A stretch of DNA of 64,000 bases from Raillietiella orientalis (taxonomy: Eukaryota): positions 1 to 64,000 of the forward strand of contig JAYWIR010000116.1 in NCBI GenBank assembly GCA_036172245.1. Reading direction: 5' to 3'. Made by a program: the position numbers and the translations under genes. The notes under the pieces are model-generated. The model was not told the origin of the DNA. It saw nothing but the letters and a program-made list of their open reading frames with translations, and did no database searches. This document shows, one piece after another, positions 12,831 to 26,296 of this stretch. Within the stretch, counting starts at the first letter, position 1. Each line of letters begins with the position of its first letter.

Positions 12831-14827
12831 GCGAGCGGACGTGTTTTTCCTGAGCTCCCGAGCGAGTCGACAGGAAGCGGTTTTTTCTGTGTGTTTTGTT
12901 GTGTGGAACATCCTTGGTGTTCGATGGCAGCAATGCCTGAAGACACCACGATAGAGGAAGGTGTATGAGAGGCTTGCCCACCCCAGCAGCCTGCAGAATC
13001 AGGGGTGTCCGCCCCGGAATCATCCCCGGCAACGCCGAGGACGTGGAGCGCCATGGTTTCCGCGCCGAGCGCGGAAATCTTGGCAGAGCAAGCGTTCTAC
13101 AGTGCCACCGGATATAAACCATCTCTGGTTTATAAGCTAGGACCCCTCTTTAATGGTCGCACCGCCCGGGCCTTTCCTTGGGCACTGCAGGATTTCCCTG
13201 TACGAGAGGAGGATCTTGACGGCCTCTCCGTACTCAGCGGGGGGCAGCGCGTGGAGGTTGTCTGCAAAGACGTAGTCTTAGCACAGCGTTTCATTAACAC
13301 CATGCTGAATGTGGATGGCCGGAAGATCCTGCTGGTTAGCATGGACCGCTCCGTAGTGTTCCATCTAACCGGCATTACGAACCGCATGACACGATCTGCG
13401 GTGAGTAATGAATTGAGCAAATACGGTGAGTTACACGCGTTGTGGCCAAAGGCGTGGGGCATTTTCGAAGGTTTTAATAGCCATTTCGGAGGCCAGGCTG
13501 CAGCGCGTGTAACGGTTAATGAGGGTGGTGGCTTACCCCACTATCTGGAGGTCGCAAAGGAATCCGTCGACCTCTGGTACGTAAAAAAACCCCGCTATTG
13601 TGGCTACTGCTATGCAGTAGGGCACTTGCGCAAGCGGTGCCACTTGTGTGGGGTTAAGGGACACGTTCTTCGTGTGTGCCCCAAACGCCCCACCCCGGTG
13701 CCAGCTGCTGCCAAAAATACACAGGCCAAAACAATAAAAAAGGTCGAAAGACCTTATCGCGAAACTGGCCGGCCCCAGCAGCTTTCTCCTCCTCCTTTAG
13801 CCCAGGCGTCGGAGGAAAAAACTACGGAAGACGCAGGAGAGGAAAAGGGATGGACGCTGGTTAAGGCCAGAAAAGGACCGAAAAAGGGTTCACCAGAGAA
13901 AGCGGTGGCAAAGACGGCCAAAAAGTTGAAAAAATCTGGGTCGCGCTCGAAAACCATACGACAGTGCTCGGTAGCACTGGAGAGCATCAACGTTCCAGAG
14001 GCTCCCCTCGCCCTTGTATCCGCACCGAGGTTCGCGACGACGAACCCTCTGTTTGCACAAAGGGTGAGCCGCGCGAAGCGCGCGCCCAAAGCGAGGACGC
14101 CGCGTTCGCGCAGGCGGCGGAGGAGCTCGCGGCCACGCTGGCCGAGCCTGAGAACCCTTCGCGCAAGGCCCTGCGAAGGCCGGCTTCCGCGAAGGAGGCC
14201 CCCGCAGGTGAGTGCGACCTAGGGGTTGGCAGTGCATCCTCCCCGTCGGAGGCACCCCCCCGGAAGACGGGACGCAAGTCCCAAAAGCCAAGGAGGCGCC
14301 TCACCTCCACGAGCGAGGAGGAGAAGCAGGAAGCCGACGGCAGAGTGGGAATCCCGGAGGGGGAACTCCCACGTGCGGAAGTCGTCGAAAAGGACACCAT
14401 TATCTAGGAGGGTGAGCAAGGGGGCAAAGTCCTCCTTGCAGGCGAGGACCCTGGACAGCCCACCCCAATGGAGGAGGGCGAACAGGTAGGCGCGCACCCA
14501 CCTGAGGGTGACCCACCCGACGCGCCGTCACTGATGGAGGAGGGGGAGCAGGTGCTCGAGGCACCTGTCCCTCCTCCTCCACCTAGCGTCTTGCCCCAAC
14601 AGGTGGCAGACGCCGCAGAGCCGATTTCCCAGGAATAACACCTGGGCTCGCCTGTCGCCGTCGAATCCGCGTGGCCAGTTGGAACGTCAACGGGCTGCGC
14701 GACGACGGCAACAGACGAGATAGGGCCGACGCCCTGCGTGAGTTCGACCTGGCGCTGCTGCAGGAGATCCACGTGATCACCTCGGCAGACGTCCAGGAGA
14801 TCGAGAAGATCGCGGGGGGTCGACCGT

Positions 14828-15942
14828 TTATCATCCGGGTGCGCCGAAGCGTTTATTACAAACTATACGGGAACAAAGTTCCCGGACAAAGGACATAAAG
14901 TAAAGAAGGGAGTGGGATCCCCGACACGCAGGTCGGTATGCCGAAAGTTTGGAACGGGAGGGAGGGGACCACAAATACACCGTATAGAAAAAATAAAAAT
15001 AAAGGTATGGAGGGCAGGGTACAGATGTCTTTGGTTATCCCGTTTCTTCATTTCAGAACCGGCGATGGATGCCGGCGATCTCCTTCCTCACGCTCTCTGG
15101 AAGATGCGCCCACTCGGCTGCCGACGAAATGCTAGCACTTGCTAAGCCTGTGGGCTGGAGAAGGATGGCCAACTTCTCCAGTTGTCGGTGGGCCTTGTCG
15201 ATGGCGCGAATGCAACACACGGTTGCAACAACAGCACCTAAAGACAGGCCGCCTGGCGTGAAGAAGCGGCGCATCAAATCTCTCGCGGTGTCCCCCTGGT
15301 GCAGGAGAGCTGTGGCCAGCCTTCGCCACAGTCCTAGGAGGGCACCGCAGTCCAAGAGCAGGTGCGGGAGCGTTTCCACTTCCCTGCACCGCTAACAGTT
15401 TGGGTAGACAAATCCCCCGGAAACAAGGTTCGTGCGCTGGTTGGAGTGAAAACCCCAATGCACCAGCATAATCACGTCCTGCTTCCAAGAAACTGGGAAC
15501 ACAGAAGTGTTCAAACACGAGAGAGGGACCACAAGTTCTACGGGGGGCACACTCAAGTGTTCGCTTTCCCGAAGCAGTCCCTTCGGTATGTGGCGAAGCG
15601 TGGCGGCATCTGCCAGCTCGCAAGTCCTCCAGCCGCCAATAGGTCGGGTTGTTCCTGCGATGGTGCAGGCGACCTCCCATCTCGCCGGATCGCAGCTGTC
15701 ATCTCTTCCCCTGAGGGCTGACAGCGCAACGGCGAGGGGCGTGACGGCCAGGCGAGTCCACTTCTCCTGGCTGTGGCACACTTCATCCACCGTGCAGTAC
15801 GGAGAGAGGTGAGCGCAACGGAGTTCCAGGAGGGAAACATTTTGGTGCTTTCCCTAGCCGTGCAACGGTTCCTGCCGCCAGGCTTGAAAGTTCGTTGGTC
15901 GGCAGGAGATTTATTCCTGGGCTTCCAGGTGCCGCTACACCG
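14828..15942 (-). mobile_element. Element D1, 5'-truncated (about 1.1 kb), antisense in C1 APE with a 14-bp TSD
   Basis: ORF2 C-terminus (WKQDVIMLVHWGF, ETLPHLLLDC); flanks GGGGGGTCGACCGT (14814-14827) and GGGGGGTCGACTGT (15943-15956). Confidence 0.9.
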
Positions 15943-17685
15943 GGGGGGTCGACTGTACTGGCGATGCGACGCCCGCAACAACTGTGGGGTCGCGTTTCTT
16001 GTAAAGCCGGCCATCGACGCTGCCGTGAAGGGCGTACGCTTCGATAACGACGGTCGGGTCAGTCAGCTGACTCACAGCTGGTCCGACTCGATTGAATTGA
16101 TCGTCACGAACGTGTACGCCCAAAGCGGGTAAGGGGGATACAGCGACCGTACCAGGTTGCTGGAAACCCTGAAGCGCGATTGGCTGGCGGACACGAATGT
16201 GCGGAAGGCACACCTGATAGCTGGAGACTTCAATCTCCGTCTGCTGTCAAGTGAGCCCTAAGCACAAGAACGCACGTTTAACGAGTTGTGCGCTGCCATG
16301 CCCACGCGCAACTTTTTGGCGAACGCGGAGGGAATGGACCGCAGCATCGACCACTTCTTCCTGGATTCCGACTTGTGCTCCCGGGTCGGCAAACGGGGAA
16401 AAGTTGCGTCGACGCTGTGGGACCATTCCAGCATAATTGCCGAGGTTAGCCTGCGCGAGAAAGGAAACCCATCCAGGGCGTTGCAGCTGGATGAAGACTG
16501 GACGCGGCTCTCAGGTGCGAAGGAACACCTTCGCGAATTCCTGAGAGGCGTCTCTTTCCGCAGTCTCAAAGATTGGGACCTCTGCAAAGCCACGGTCCGC
16601 GAGTTCTGCGAGGAGTTGCCTTTGCACCGCCTGCCCCCCGGATTTGGAGAGGGGGCTTGGAACCATACGGTTTATTTACAGGCCCCTCGGTACGAAGGGA
16701 CCCCCAATGTTTGCCCCCTGGCCGAATATCGAGTCGGGGCCGAGCGGCAAGCTTGGAAATCCGGGTCGGCTAGCTTGCTGGACGACCAGAGTGGAGAGCG
16801 ATCAGCCTCACCCGCGATCAGGCACCTCGTGTGGCGTTACTATTCCTCCCTCTACGCTAGGGCACATCTAGAGCAAGACGCATCGCGCCTCCATCTTCCG
16901 TACGGAGCCCCGGGAATATCGGAGGAGGAGACGATCAGCCTCGACAAGCCTTTTTCTACAGGCGAAATTCTCGCCGGTATCAAAAGGCTCAAGAGGCGGA
17001 AAACTCCAGGGGAAGACGGCTTGCCCGCGAAGTTCGAAAGAGCTGGCACCCCTGCTGCTTCAGCAAACAAGGGTGATTCGAGACGAAAGCGAAGTTCCCG
17101 ACTCGTTTCGGTCAGCCAGAGTGAGGCTCCTTCCGAAAGGGGGAGACCTTAGAGATTTGAACAACCGTCGTCCGATCACGATTGTGAATACGGATGCTAA
17201 GCTGGTTGCCGGGCTATGGGCTTCGCGTCTGGGGCAAGTGGCAGAATCCATGATGAGCCCGGAGCAGACATGTGCTGCTCCCGGGCGAAGTATGGAGGCC
17301 AACCTCTTCTTCGCGAGCACATGAATGCACGCGCAGAGGTGTCAGAAGGAATGGAAAAAAAAAATCGGCAAGTTCACTTTGAGGCCACCAGCAGGGCAGG
17401 GAATGGACTCCCGGGCAGGGAAGGGGGACCTAGCGCTCGCAGTCGGTCTCCATAAGGCGTTCGATTTTCACCCGGATATCGCCGGGGCGTTTATTGTGAA
17501 AATAAACTTTTACAAAGACGTGCGGTGGCTGGACCATTGCTCCAGCAACGCACGAAGAAACACAGAGCCTGCCGGGTCACCGGTTCGCAGACCGGTACGG
17601 TCCACCACGGCAGCAGGGGGAAAGGGAAAAACAACAAAAACAAAACAAAAAAAGAAAAGAAAAGTTGGGAGGGTAAGGGAAGGGA

Positions 17686-20600
17686 TCACAGTTGCTGGTG
17701 GGGCCGTTGCATCCTTGGTAGGATGCCGGCAGGCTCCTTCTGTATTCCTGGATCCAGGTGGGGCCATCGGGACGCCCTCCTCAGGAACTATTAGGCTGAC
17801 TGGATGGCACCCTGGTCGCGTTGTCCTCCCGTAGCCTTGCTCCAAGCGGTGACGATCCCGCGTAGGCAGCACAAAGCTGCTAACGAGGCCGCTGGCCGAA
17901 GGGCGTCGGCAACGAAGAGGGCTTTCAGTGAGTCCATGGGGTTGCCGCAGGGGACTCCGATGGCCGCGGCAAAGCGAAACCAAAGGGGCCGAAGGGCAAC
18001 ACAATCCACTAGCAGGTGGGGGAGGGAGTCCCGTTCCCCACACCTGTCGCAATTGGGGTCCACCGCTACCCAGGTCCAGTGGTGTCGGCGGGCGTTGCAG
18101 GGGAGTCCCCAGTGCTGCAACAGGAGAGCCGACTCCTGCCATTTTAAGGGGAGGGCGGAAGTGTTCATGAGAACCGGGGACCACTTCAGATGTTCAATGG
18201 GAACATCGAGCAGCGCGCCCCAGCGCAGAAGTCCATTGGGGGGCTTACTCGGGGTCGCAGCGTCTGTTGACTGGACCGTCTTCCACTCTCCTATCTTCTT
18301 CTCCTTTCCGGAGATTGTTACTGTAACCACCCACTTCGCCGCAACATCGCTGTCCAGATCTTTCATCAGGGAGGGAAGCGCAGCATCGAGGGGGGTTCTT
18401 CCTGCCCACGCTCTCTTCTTTGGATCCTCCAGGATCTCGCGGAGCGTGCAACTTCTGTAACCCCCAAACAGGAACATTCGTTCCTGTTGGGAGCGTTGCA
18501 TGCCGAACTGTCCCCATCTTCGAACGGTTTCCTGCAACCAGGCACTACCGTTAAACGGGAGACAGGTGAGCAATCCTGGGTTTTTCCGATACAGCGCAGC
18601 CACCCTCCGTAGCTGGAGTCCGCATCGGTTGACGTGGCGACGGAGTGCAAGAAACGACGTCAGTCCCGTCTTGCCGGTGGCTTGCTGGAGAAGGAGACGT
18701 GCAGGGACGCAACAACAGGTGCACCACAACTTTGGAACGAGTGCCGACAAGCCGAACTATAGCTGAAGCTCCAGCCACTCCAGCGTCAGGAGGCCCAGAC
18801 CACCATCCCGACGAGGAGCGCACAAGTCCTTTAAGCGGACTCGGGCTCTCTCGTTGCTCCAAAGGGCGATACGGAGGAGGTCCTTTGTCCGCTTTTTAAT
18901 CCTCTCTGTGGGGGGGCAAACAAAAAGCAGGGGGCGGAGCAGAGGAGCCGCGAACGTGTACCAAACCGCGGCCCGTTCAGGCAGGAAAAACCTGCCGCCT
19001 CGGAACGGGCCGATCGCCGTCTCTACTTTTTGAAGGAAGCCGGACCACGCTTCCGCAGTAGAGTAGTCCCCCAACGGCACACCAAGGTACTTGAAGTACC
19101 TCACCGTGGGGATCCCCGAACGGACCCAGTCCAGCTGCTCTGCCCACGCCGCACCAACTGGCATCACGGACGACTTCGCCCTGTTCACCGTAAGTCCGGT
19201 TCCCCGATGCAGCAGGTCGAAGAACTCCTCGACCGCCGCAGCCGGGGTGGACATAGGGAGCAGCAGCAGAAGGTCGTCCGCGTATGCTGAAACGGCCGGC
19301 GTAGCGGCACAGTCGTGCGGCAGGTGCGCCAGAGTTCCCCTGTACGCTCTCAGTACCAACTCAAAGTAGGTACTGAAGAGCAAGGGGCTCAGGCTGTCTC
19401 CCTGCCGGATCCCACGCCGTACCGGCACGCCGTGCACGGTCTGCCCGCTGAAAGTAACATTGATAAGCGCGTCGCGCCAGCAGGAGAGCAGATAGGCCAC
19501 TAATGAGGCCGGGAAGCCCAAGCGTTCCAGAAGCTCCAGAAGGAGATTCTCGTCGACGCAATCGAATGCTTTTCGCAAGTCGATTGCGACCGCAAGGGCT
19601 CCCTCCCCCGCCCGACCATCCAACCCCTTGCCGGCGCACGCACCGGGATTCCGGCTGCGCACCAACCTCCTTTCATGTTGGAGCTCTAGCCATGTGGAAG
19701 CGTGGAACAGGTTCGCCTCCATGCTTCGCCCGGGAACAGCAAATGTCTGTTCCGGGCTCATGAAGATGTTGGCAACCCGTCCCAGACGCTCTGCCCAAAC
19801 CTTAGTTAGCAGCTTGGCGTCCGCATTCACTCTTGTGATGGGACGCCAGTTGTTCATGCTCCTCAGATCTCCTCCCTTAGGGAGGAGCTGTACCTTTGCC
19901 GAACGAAACGAGGCGGGAACGTCACCTGTTTTGCGTATCAGCAAGATGAGTTGCTGTACCAGGGGGGTAAGCTCAGACGCGAAAGTTTGTTAAATCTCCG
20001 CTGGCAGGCCGTCCTCCCCTGGAGCCTTTCGCCTCTTGAGCTTTCCGATGGCCGAGAGGATCTCGTCCATCGTGAAAGGCTCGGCGAGCGTCTTTCTCTG
20101 CTCCTCCCCGATCGCTGGAGCGCCTTCCGGAAGCAGGAGTCGTGAGACGTTCCTCTCCGGAGATGTCCTGGCATACAGGGAGGAGTAGTAACTCCGCAGC
20201 AGGCCGCGGATTTGGGCAGGTGCCGAGTGCTCCTGGCCTTGATCGTCCAGTAAGCTGGCCGATCCGGACTGCCAGGCTTGCCTGTCGGCTCCCGCTTTGT
20301 ATTCCGCCTGCCTGCGGATGTCGGGGGTCCTGGCGCAACGACGGGCCTGCAGGTAGGCTCGTTCGTTACGGACCCCGGTCCCAAAACCCGTTGGTAGGCG
20401 GTGCAGAGGGAACTGGTCGCAGAACTCCTGGACCGACCGCTTGAAGCGGTCCCAATCCTGGAGGTTCCGCAGACTGAAGCTCCGTATGAACGTGCGGAGA
20501 TGTTCCGCCGCGTCCGGGAGCTTCAGCCAGTCCCCTGGGAGACGCCACGCTGACGAGGGGGGGCCCCTGTCGCGCGGATGGATCTCGAGGACTAGCGGGC

Positions 20601-21267
20601 GATGGTCGGACAGCTCGCACGGTTACTTGCCGCGCCTGCCCACGCGAGGGCACAGGTGCTCGTCAAGAAACACGTGGTCAATGCTGTCTTCCATCCCCGG
20701 TGCACTGGCCAACAGATTACAGGTGTGCACCGCTATGCACACCTCGTTGACCAGGTCACGCTCGGGATTCTGCTCATCTGGTTTCAGGCGAACGTTGAAA
20801 TCGCCTGCAACCAGATGGGCATTCCGAACGCCTGCTTCGGTCAGCCAGTCTCGCTGGAGGGCAAGGTAAAACTCTTTCCTCGCCCTCCTGTTCATCAGGT
20901 CCTTGCCGCTCTGTGCGTACACGTTCGTGACGATCAGATCGATCGAGTCGGACCACCTGAGAGTCAGCTGGCCGACACGACCGTGATCGTCGAACCGCAC
21001 GCCCCGAGCCGCGGCCTCGACGGCTGGCCGAAGCAGGTAGGCGACACTGCAACTTTTCGCTCTCCCACACCTGTACCATAGCCGCCCTCCGGAGATCCGT
21101 TCGATGTCTTGCGCTTGTTCTGCAGAGATCACGTGGATCTCCTGTAGCAGCGCAAGGTCGTAGGACTCCAGAAGGGCGGCCATGTCTCGTCTCCTGCCGG
21201 CGTCTGTCATGCCGTTCACGTTCCAAACGCCGATGCGCAGACGACGACGGGAGGAGATTCGCGGCAT
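17686..21267 (-). pseudogene. A1 ORF2 (APE-RT-zinc finger), several nonsense lesions
   Basis: WNVNG, LQEIH, AGDFN, SIDHVF, SDH; 395-aa RT ORF with AYADD; CDRCGERDSLPHLLVDC. Confidence 0.92.
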
Positions 21268-22943
21268 TACTGCTGGGAAGATTAAGGTGTGGGGGAGCCC
21301 TCCTCTTGCGAGGCGGGCGGGATGTTCATGGGGGTTTCGGCCTTCTCAGGCACCTGAGGCACGTGTTCGGCCTCCACCCCCTCCATCCCCTCCGTGTCCG
21401 CGCGTGGGAGTCTCTCGGGCGACGGGTCCGGAGAGTTTCCCACGCTCATGGCACCCTCGCTTGCGGAAGCCATCTTTTCCCCTTCGACGGGGAAGGCGAG
21501 CTTCCTTGGATTTGTGGACTTACGTCCAGCCTTCTTGCGCGGTGCCGTGGAAACGGAAGCTCCGCTTCCGGCATTCCACCTCGGAGTCGGAAGTGAGGGA
21601 CTCCTGAGGGGAGGCCGGACGCCTTACGGCCTTCTTGCCAGGCTTAAGGGTTCTGGCTGCAACGAGGCTGCCAGCTCCTCCGCGGCTCGCGCGAAGGCTA
21701 CTTCATCGATGGTGGTGTCGATGACGGACGCCGCCGCCGGCTCGCTCCCCTCGCTGTTGACTGTGTCAACAGAGGGGAGGTCGTCGGTAGCGGCGAGTTC
21801 TTTCCGGCAGCGTTCGGCAACATCGAGAACGCGTTCGACAACAACGCTGCACTCTTTAATTATCGCGCTACGCTGGTCTTTCTTCTTCTGCTGGTAGGCG
21901 ATTTTCTTTTCAATCCTCCTCTCCTTCTTTGATTTTTTGGCCGTTGCCACTTGCCACTCAGTCTCCTGGCCGGCTCCCTCAACTTTTTCGGCGTTGGTCG
22001 CCGGGGTCTCGGGTGCGGCCTGGGTCTTGGGCGCGGGTGGCACAGCCTTTGCGGCAGCTTTCGCCGCCAGTCTTTTCTGCAGAAGCTATGCGCGTTTTTT
22101 AAGGATTCTCTTGGCAACCACCCGCACTGCTGCTTTTGGGCACACCTCCCTCGTGTGGCCCATTGTGCCGCATACTTGGCACTGCACATTGGGACACCTC
22201 TTGTTGAGGTGGCTTGACGTATTGCAGAAGCCACATTATTTCGGCTTCCCCACATACCAGAGGTCGACGGTTTCGCCTTCGACCACCAGTTTGTGGGGAA
22301 GAGTGCAGCCCTCCCGAACGGTCACGCGTGCAGCAGTGAGGCCGTGTTGCAGCCCCGTGTAGTCCTCGAAAGTACTAACTTTCGTCCACTGCGCGTGGAC
22401 CGTTCCAAACTGTTCTAAAGGGGCGCGAACCTGTTCTTTGCGCATTCGCGCGGTCACGCCTAACAGGTGGACCACCATGCTGCGGTCCGCCGTAGTGGGG
22501 AGAAGCCTGCGCGTCCCCATCACAACGGGGGTTTTAAGCAGTCGTTGGGCCAGCTCTGCATGTTTGCAGATGACCTCAATGTACTGATCCCCGCTGCGGA
22601 TGGTCATAGCGCTGAGCTCCTCCTGTTTCACATCGAGAGCGCGCATGCCCTTCGAGAAGGCGCGCGCGCTCTCTAAAGAATATAAATTGCCTACCTTGTA
22701 GAACAATGAGGGGTTGTACCCCTCCTCTACATAGGCCGACAATTCCGCGGCGGCTGCAGGCGATGGCGCCGACACAACGGCGCTCCACGCCCGCGCTGCA
22801 GCGGGGACCGATTCTGTAAGAGCGGATGCCTCCACCTCTATCGCCTCTGGGGGCGACGTTGCCGCCGCCCCCTGGCTCTCCATCGCCTCTGGGGGCGGCG
22901 TTGCCGCTGCCCCCTGGCCATCCCTGGTGGTCGCGTCAGGCAT
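21267..22943 (-). pseudogene. A1 ORF1 (gag-like: putative RRM, two CCHC knuckles, disordered tail), with stops and frameshifts
   Basis: Starts MPDATTRDGQG; DLWYVGKPK* followed by the knuckles; ends SQQ* overlapping the ORF2 ATG. Confidence 0.85.
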
Positions 22944-25141
22944 CGCTGCCTGATCGACCACCGAACCACACGACGCTTGCACTGGGGGAGAGTTCCTGGC
23001 AAGAGGAGCACCGAGAAAACACTTCCACCCTGGAGCGCACAAGGTGTTCGACTGTGTAGACCAGGAACTCCTCTTGGAGCTCCTGGGTCGCATGGGCTTC
23101 TCACCCTCCCTGATTTCCTACCTGCGCTCTTGCTGGCGGAATGCGTTAATTACCGTCTCTTTCAGCAATCACAAGGTGCATGGCGTGCCGGTGCGGCGGG
23201 GCATAAGGCAGGGAGATAGCCTCAGCCCCCTGCTCTTCAGCACCTACTTTGAGTTGGTGCTGAGAGCGTACAGGGTGAATTCGCCCCCTTTTTGAGCTCG
23301 TTTTCCGGTACGCTCGCCGTAGCAGGGTATTGCGACGAGCTTTTGCTTCTCTTACCTATGTTTACCCCGGCGAATGCGGTCGGAGACTTCTTCGATCCGC
23401 TCAGCCGTGGGACCGGACTGCAGGTCAACAAGGCGAAGTCGTCGGTGGTGCAAGTAGGTGCGGCTTGGGCAGGGCAGCAGTACTGGGTCCTTCTGGGGAT
23501 CCTTACGGTGAGGTGCCTGAAGTACCTTGGTGTGCCTTTGGGAAGATTTTCCCCTGCGGAAGCGTGGTCCAGCTGCCTTCAAAAAGTTGAGACGGCGATC
23601 GGTCCGTTCCTGAAAGGCAAGTTTCAGTTATCGGAACGGGCCGCGGTTTGGAACGCTTTCGCGGCCCACATCCTCCGCTCCTTGCTTTTTGTTTGCTTCG
23701 CCTCCAGAGAGTGTAAAAAGAGGACAAAGGACCTCCTCCGCGTAGCCGTTTGGGGCAAGGGGAGTCCCCGAATCCCTCTTAAGTATTTGTGCGCTCCTCG
23801 TCGGGACGGAGGTCTTGGCGTCCTGACGCTGGAGCGCGTGGAAATCCAGCTGCGGTGGCGAACCCTCGCCATCGCAGCGAAGATGTGGAGCACTCCTTGG
23901 TGTGTTCCGGCCCGCCTTCTTGCCAGGCGTGTGTCCCGATGCTAAGGACTCGCGTCATTTCTTCTGTTCCCTGGCCGGAAGATTCGAAGAAGTGGCCTTA
24001 TGCTCGGACGCATAGCAATCCTGGCGAAGGCGAATGGTTGGATAGTTTGTGGCCCCTCTAACTTCTTCGCCTTGCTGGAAGGAGACTGCTTGCACCTGGG
24101 TCAAGCAGAACCGAAGAAGCAAAGATAATATGAAGTGCCTGCGAATCGGCCCATACGATAACCGCACCCTGAAGGAAATACTGGAATTTACCCGGAGTGT
24201 TAGGTAGACGTTGACGACCCCTTGTGCTACGGCGATGCCCTTCCTCCGGAGGGCGCTTTAAAACCGCCAGAAGCCGAGGTGACAAGTCTCTTGCAGGATC
24301 GCAGGCAGGGAGAATATGTTAAGCGGCTGGACCACAGAAGAACTGGCGGACGCCACGACCCCGAGCGTCCAGCCGCGAGGTTTGACGAGATGGGGCGAGC
24401 TGCTCGCCATCCCTGCGGATGTGCTGAAGTGGTCCCCGGTACTCCAGAAATCCAGGATTCTGCCCCTTAAGTGGCAAGAGTCAGCTTTGCTACTGCTGCG
24501 CTGGGGTTTACCTTGCAACGCTCGCCGCTTCCACTTGACAAGGGAAGCTGTGGATCCTGAGTGTTCCAGGTGCGGAGAGGGGGAATTGCTCTAACACCTT
24601 ATTGTGGACTGTTCTGCCCTCCCACCCTTCTTTGCGAACGGTTTGAAACGACCCTCGGGCCTTCTAGGGGCAACACCTTTAGGGAAGTTTTTCGTCTTCT
24701 ATTCGTGAAGGACGCCCTGCAGCCAGCCGCACTCCTCGTAGCCTTGTGCTACGTCCGAGGCATCGTGGCGGCATGAAGGGACATCAACAACGGAGTGGGT
24801 TCCCACGCAAGGGATGTCATCCCATATGCCCAACGCTTCTTCCGGAGAGCTGCCGGATGGCTTAACTGGGGAGTATACGGATGGACCTCGAGGGCTTTCT
24901 TAACGGATGCGCCATCCGCTCAGTGACTAGTGATTCCTTCCCTGCCCTCCAACTTCTTTTTGTTTGTTTATTTTTTATTTATCTTTTTGTTTTATCTTTA
25001 TCTCCCTTTGCTGCTGAGGAACCCTACGCTTGTCCTCGTCCCGGCGTCCCGGCAGGTCCTGTGTATATGGCCGTGAGCGAAGCCTTGTACCGCGGATTAA
25101 GAGTTTATTAATAATCGTCCCGGGCTTACGCGGGTGTCAAT

Positions 25142-26296
25142 TACCAATAGGCCCTGCTAAGGAGGAGTTAGCCATGAAGGAGGAGGAGGAGACAGTTCAC
25201 AACCGCTTTCCCATGCCGTCCGTTCCAGCCGAGGAATCGGCACCCATGGAAGAAGGGGAGTAGTTGCGAGAAACCCGCCCCCTTCCACCGTTGCGGTCTG
25301 CCGAGGAATCGACCTCATGGAGAAGAGAGAACCGGTGCACGGTGCTCCCATTTCTCCATCCGTTTCGCCCGACCAGGTTCCGGTTGCCCCATTGTCACTT
25401 TCCTAGAAATAACACCTGGGCTCGCATGTCGCCGTCGATTACGCGTGACCTGCTGGAACATCAACGGGCTGCGCGACGACGGCAACAGACGAGATACGAC
25501 CGCCACCCTGCGTGACTTCGACCTGTTGCTCCTTCAGGAGATCCACGTGATCACCGCGGATCACGCCCAGGAGATCGAGAGGATCGCAGAAGGACGGTTG
25601 ATGTGGCATTGCGGCGACCGCAGCACCTTCGGTGTCGAGTTCTTTCTTAAGCCAGCCGTCGACGCTTCCGTGGGGAGCGTGAGCTTCGATGACAAAAGTC
25701 ATGTTGGACAGATGATTTTCAGCTGGCCTCCGACACGATCGGTCTCATCATTACCAACGTGTACGCTCCGAGCGGTAGCAATGGGCACGCGGAAAGAATT
25801 CAGTTTTACCAGCACCTGAAGCGGGACTGGCTGAATGACGCGGGTGTGAGCAATGCCCACCTGATAGTCGGGGTCCTTAACCTCCGCCTACTCTCAGATG
25901 CGTGCTGCACGCAAAAGAACGTGCTGATGGAGTTGTGCTACGCAATGCGCGCGAGCAACTTGATGGTGGGACACCCGCAAATGGAGAACAGCATCGACCA
26001 CGTTTTTCTCGACCACGACCTGTGTACTCGAGTCGATAAACGAGGAAGGCTCCCGTCGATGTTGTCCGACCATTTCCGTCTTATCTTCGATGTTTGTCCA
26101 CGCGATAAGGCACTGCCATCTAAGGCGTAGGGTATACCAGGGGTTTCTACGAGGCTCCCAGGTGCGGCAGATCATTTCCGCCAATTCCGTAGGGGCGTTA
26201 TCCTCCGGAATCTCGAGGCTTGCGACGTCTTCAAGCGTTCGGACAGCGAGTTCTGTGAGAAGTTTTTTCGGGGCCAGCTTTCTTCCGGATTTAGGG
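25142..26296 (+). mobile_element. B/C-like fragment: ORF1 tail and APE, ending at the SGF linker (host of C3)
   Basis: APMEEGE; TCWNINGLRDDGNRR, NVYAP, SIDHVF, SDH. Confidence 0.85.

Larger units (their letters stand above)
17465..23037 (-). mobile_element. Element A1, full length (about 5.57 kb), antisense in C1 RT with a 14-bp TSD
   Basis: Flanks CATAAGGCGTTCGA (17451-17464) and CACAAGGTGTTCGA (23038-23051); 5' UTR, ORF1, ORF2 and 3' motif all present. Confidence 0.95.
12831..25141 (+). mobile_element. Element C1, apparently full length, split into 12831-14827, 15943-17464 and 23038-25141 by D1 and A1
   Basis: ORF1 12924-14638; APE resumes across D1 (IAGGR|LYWRC); RT resumes across A1 (HKAFD|CVDQELL); 3' motif at 25109-25141. 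Confidence 0.85.
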
